DNA of 64,000 nt from positions 124,690-188,689 of the forward strand of contig JAHHII010000002.1 in NCBI GenBank assembly GCA_019358855.1. The letters are read 5' to 3'. Below the pieces are notes generated by a model that had not been told where the DNA came from, did not search any database, and worked only from the letters and a program-made list of their open reading frames with translations. This DNA is from Timaviella obliquedivisa GSE-PSE-MK23-08B. GTDB lineage: Bacteria; Cyanobacteriota; Cyanobacteriia; Elainellales; Elainellaceae. How positions within the stretch are numbered: position 1 is the first letter of the stretch; every line of letters starts with the position of its first letter. Position numbers and translations under genes: made by a program. Positions 60,884 to 64,000 of this stretch are shown piece by piece.

Positions 60884-61030
60884 TCAGAAATTCAGACCAA
60901 TATCATTGCCCAAAACGGTATCCACACAGGTAGCGCAAAAGGTGCATTCATAAGTACAGATCCGTGCCTCAACCGAGTCCAGCGACAACGCTCTGTTGCA
61001 ATGCTCACAGGTTGGTCTGATCTCGAGCAT
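60884..61030 (-). pseudogene. DUF1272-type zinc-ribbon gene truncated by an 8-bp tandem duplication
   Basis: This ORF is not in the track because it is 48 aa. It reads MLEIRPTCEHCNRALSLDSVEARICTYECTFCATCVDTVLGNDIGLNF*. The expected continuation NCGGDFVTRLIRP lies in another frame just after the exact duplication AATTCAGA/AATTCAGA at 60881-60896. Confidence 0.5.
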
Positions 61031-61168
61031 ATTTCTACTACTTGTGACGGCTAACGGTTCGCTTCACCCGCCGCTAGTAACCCTTTCGTTCTCACCTGCT
61101 ACCTCTATACGGTCGGTGTGCAAAGGGATTATTTACCGCGCGCTCTACATCACCAAAGCATTACCTGC

Positions 61169-62641
61169 CTAAATACTTTTATTCCAGTATTCTAAACCAG
61201 TCAAAATTATGTTTTCTAGCCACTGCTTAAATCGCTCCACCAAATTCTCTTCATCATCTGCATAGGAAAATTGAAACGGAGAATCAGCTAGAGACTGAAT
61301 ATCGCTAATGTTACGTTCTCCCTCTTCAGCATCGTCTCTATGATAAGCACAGGCAGTACACACAAGCAGTCCTCGATATTCATGTCCAAGAGCGTGAAAC
61401 GAAATAAGAAGTGTTGTTGATGTTTCTACATTAATAACTAATTGAATCCAGGTATGATAGTTCCGAAGATTAGCAAAATAACCTAATTGTTTAGCTGTCT
61501 CTACAATTTGGTAGCGATGATAATAAGAGCGGGGATCGCCAACAGTAGCAGAAATCGTAAAAACTTGTGCGTCGCTTACAAAATTTTGAATAGATAATTT
61601 AATTTCATCAGCAACATCCTGTAATCGGCTAGAAGCTATATCAAATAAGTTTGTGGCAAAACTTTCAGCCTTCTTACACCGCTCTTGAATAGATGCTGAC
61701 TGGTTTTGTCTCAATTTATCGGCAATAGAGGAAATGATAACCTGAGTTCGCCGTGCCTCTGATAGAACCTGCTCTGATAGACCAAGGCTTCTCAGAAAAG
61801 CCTGCTTTTGGCTTTTTGCAAAGAGGTTAATTAAATCTGATAAACTACCTTGACCTGCTGCTTCTAGGGCTGCAATATAAACTGCTCGGTCATCGCGAGT
61901 GAGAACCAAAGGAAACCAGCTAGATTGAATGAAAACTAAACTAGCTAAACAACGAGCGACACGACCGTTACCATCCTGAAATGGGTGAATTTGAGTAAAC
62001 CGATGATGCAATTATGCTGATTCGATTTCAGGAGGAATTTTTTGGTCGCAATGCTGATGATGTAGCTCAATCAATGTATCCATTTCAGACGAAACTTGTT
62101 CAGGAGGACAGTACTCATGAACAGTACCATCTGATCTTAGAGGATTGTTAGGTTGACGTTTCCAGTCACCTTTAATCAAAGAGACGCGGAATATCTTTTC
62201 TGTAAGTGGGTCTAGTGCTTCTGTGCTGTCCTGGCTCTGAGTTAGAAGCTGATGTAACTGCTTTATATAAGAGGTTGATAGTGTTCTTTGTCCACCTACA
62301 AAATCGAATAATCCTTCAATTGCGGCTTCTTGATCCTTAATCAGCGAAACTACTTGTCTGATAGGGCGATCTGTCGCTCCATGGGGGATCAATGCCTCCT
62401 TGATCCCTTGTTCAATCAATAAACGAGTAATACCACGATCGATCGTGTACAAACGCTCAATGATTCCAGTTTCAATAGCTATTTCTCTGCGTAGCTTCTC
62501 ATTGAAAGACTGAAACTCTCCAGATTGACGTAAACGATCTGCTTGCTCATACCAGACAGTTACTAGAGGCGGCAACTCATAACTTGCCAAATCTTTCCAA
62601 TTTGACGGTAAATCTGCTATCGGTCGCCACAACATAAACAT
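61169..62641 (-). pseudogene. Fic-family (AMPylase-type) gene interrupted by one in-frame TAA
   Basis: The two track ORFs, 62012-62641 and 61169-62011, are contiguous in the same frame. The sequence reads ...PPEIESA-TAA-LHHRFTQIHPFQDGNGRVAR, so the stop (62012-62014) sits nine codons before the HPFx(D/E)GNGR active-site motif. Confidence 0.65.
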
Positions 62642-63102
62642 TTTTTCGTACTGGCTCTTAAGTTAGTTTAGCACTTACTGTTTTCGCAGCACCTTCAAGT
62701 TCGCTATGTTCCAATGTTCAAGCATCTATGCCCTAACAGACCCACACTCAACAATGCCTCACCCATGACTAAGCGGCACAACTTCTTTTCAGAGAGAAAC
62801 TTTCTGTACACCATCCTAAATTGGGTGGATAGCAAGAAACTTTCCTTATATTGTGGTTCGTCCATATCATGTAGAGCGAAAGAAGCTTTCCGCATATTTT
62901 GAGATTTGGTCAAGCTGTCTACGATCGCCCCCCGCTCCTCAGACTTTGATTGCTGCACTCAATTCTTGATGCGATCGCTCTGGGCAAACCAATCACAGGC
63001 TTTTCCTGATCGACACAATAGGATATTCTGAAGGATTGATTACTGAAGGGCTAACGGCAAATTTTTCCTATTTGTTGCCATTACTATAAAGAGAGAATTA
63101 TT

Positions 63103-64000
63103 TTGAGTCAACACCCGGACAATATTGCTCCCCACGGTGGGCAACTGATCAATCGGTTCGCCAGCCCTACCCAACAGCAAGAGTTCCTCAGCAAAGCCGA
63201 CCATCTCCCCAGGGTTCAGCTTGACGAGCGAGCTTTTTCAGATTTAGTCCTGATTGCGATCGGTGGATTTAGCCCTCTGACTGGGTTTATGGAACAGGCA
63301 GACTACGATCGCGTGGTCAAAGAGATGCACTTGGCGAACGGCTTGCCCTGGTCAATTCCGATCACGCTCTCAGTTACTGAAGAGATTGCTGCTCCCCTTC
63401 AAGAAGGCAGCTTAGTACGTTTAGATGACCTGAATGGACGATTTGTGGGTGTTCTAAATCTGACGCAGAAGTATCGCTACGATAAAACCCAAGAAGCCAT
63501 CAACGTTTATCGCACCGATGAAGAAAAACATCCCGGTGTAAAAGTCGTTTATAGCCAGGGTGCAGTCAACTTAGCAGGTGATGTTTGGTTGCTCCAGCGC
63601 GATCCTCATCCGCTCTTCCCGGCTTACCAAATTGATCCTGTTGCGTCTCGATCAATGTTCCGCGAGAAAGGTTGGAAAACAATCGTCGGATTCCAGACCC
63701 GTAACCCAATTCATCGCGCCCACGAATATATTCAAAAGTGTGCCTTAGAAACCGTTGATGGTCTGTTTCTCCATCCCTTAGTTGGCGCAACGAAGGAAGA
63801 CGATATTCCGGCTGATGTTCGGATGCGGTGCTATGAGATTTTGCTGGAGCATTACTATCCTAGCGATCGCGTCATTTTGGCAATTAACCCAGCCGCCATG
63901 CGCTACGCAGGACCCCGTGAAGCTATTTTCCATGCCCTTGTGCGGAAGAACTATGGGTGTACTCACTTCATTGTGGGGCGCGACCATGCAGGCGTAGGCG
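63103..64000 (+). CDS. sat: sulfate adenylyltransferase (ATP sulfurylase), N-terminal part (3' end beyond the window)
   Basis: Translation from the TTG at 63103 gives [18 protein letters not shown]...[15 protein letters not shown]...[17 protein letters not shown]. An in-frame TAA lies 21 nt upstream, and no ATG lies between that TAA and the TTG. Confidence 0.9.
   Translation, partial: MSQHPDNIAPHGGQLINRFASPTQQQEFLSKADHLPRVQLDERAFSDLVLIAIGGFSPLTGFMEQADYDRVVKEMHLANGLPWSIPITLSVTEEIAAPLQEGSLVRLDDLNGRFVGVLNLTQKYRYDKTQEAINVYRTDEEKHPGVKVVYSQGAVNLAGDVWLLQRDPHPLFPAYQIDPVASRSMFREKGWKTIVGFQTRNPIHRAHEYIQKCALETVDGLFLHPLVGATKEDDIPADVRMRCYEILLEHYYPSDRVILAINPAAMRYAGPREAIFHALVRKNYGCTHFIVGRDHAGVG

Noticed and set aside
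62704-62958. An 84-aa minus-strand ORF immediately upstream of the Fic gene, considered as a possible Fic antitoxin
   Set aside because: I could not find the (S/T)xxxE(G/N) inhibitory motif in it. SKSEERG does not fit, and the sequence is otherwise featureless. It remains possible but unsupported.

Overview
This is a chromosomal segment of a cyanobacterium. The HIP1 octamer GCGATCGC is scattered through coding and non-coding sequence, and the window carries psbA, psaM, a CpcS-type bilin lyase, hemF, cobQ and a phototaxis-type chemosensory operon. I can support roughly 50 protein genes on both strands. Most are housekeeping: aroC (partial), ahcY, codA, rnr, ubiX, phoU, pyrE, phr, msrB, mnmA and sat (partial). 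Others include a Cu P-type ATPase, an M16 peptidase, an M15 peptidase, a WecE-type aminotransferase, a pentapeptide-repeat protein and two tandem GH3-family paralogues. I found no rRNA, tRNA, CRISPR array or transposase. Five areas stand out. (1) At 52.2-54.0 kb a family of palindromic repeats occurs. One copy encloses a DUF559 (Vsr-fold) endonuclease gene between perfect 38-bp inverted repeats, and a cargo-less copy of the same arms lies 1 kb upstream. I consider this the best candidate for an undescribed selfish element, REPtron-like but with a different nuclease. (2) At 19.0-19.8 kb there is a 790-bp gap between convergent genes. It holds a 21-bp x4 tandem repeat, a Cys-rich ORF interrupted by one TAA, and TAAATG-coupled mini-ORFs on the other strand. 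(3) Three genes are decaying: a HepT/DUF86 remnant, a DUF1272 gene and a Fic gene. Two of them are broken by short tandem duplications, and similar duplications recur elsewhere in the window. (4) An 1850-aa DUF4347/cadherin-like/RTX protein contains four near-identical 282-bp repeats. (5) The MCP of the chemosensory operon carries a DXCF cyanobacteriochrome GAF domain. All functional calls rest on motif recognition by eye. No database search was run.
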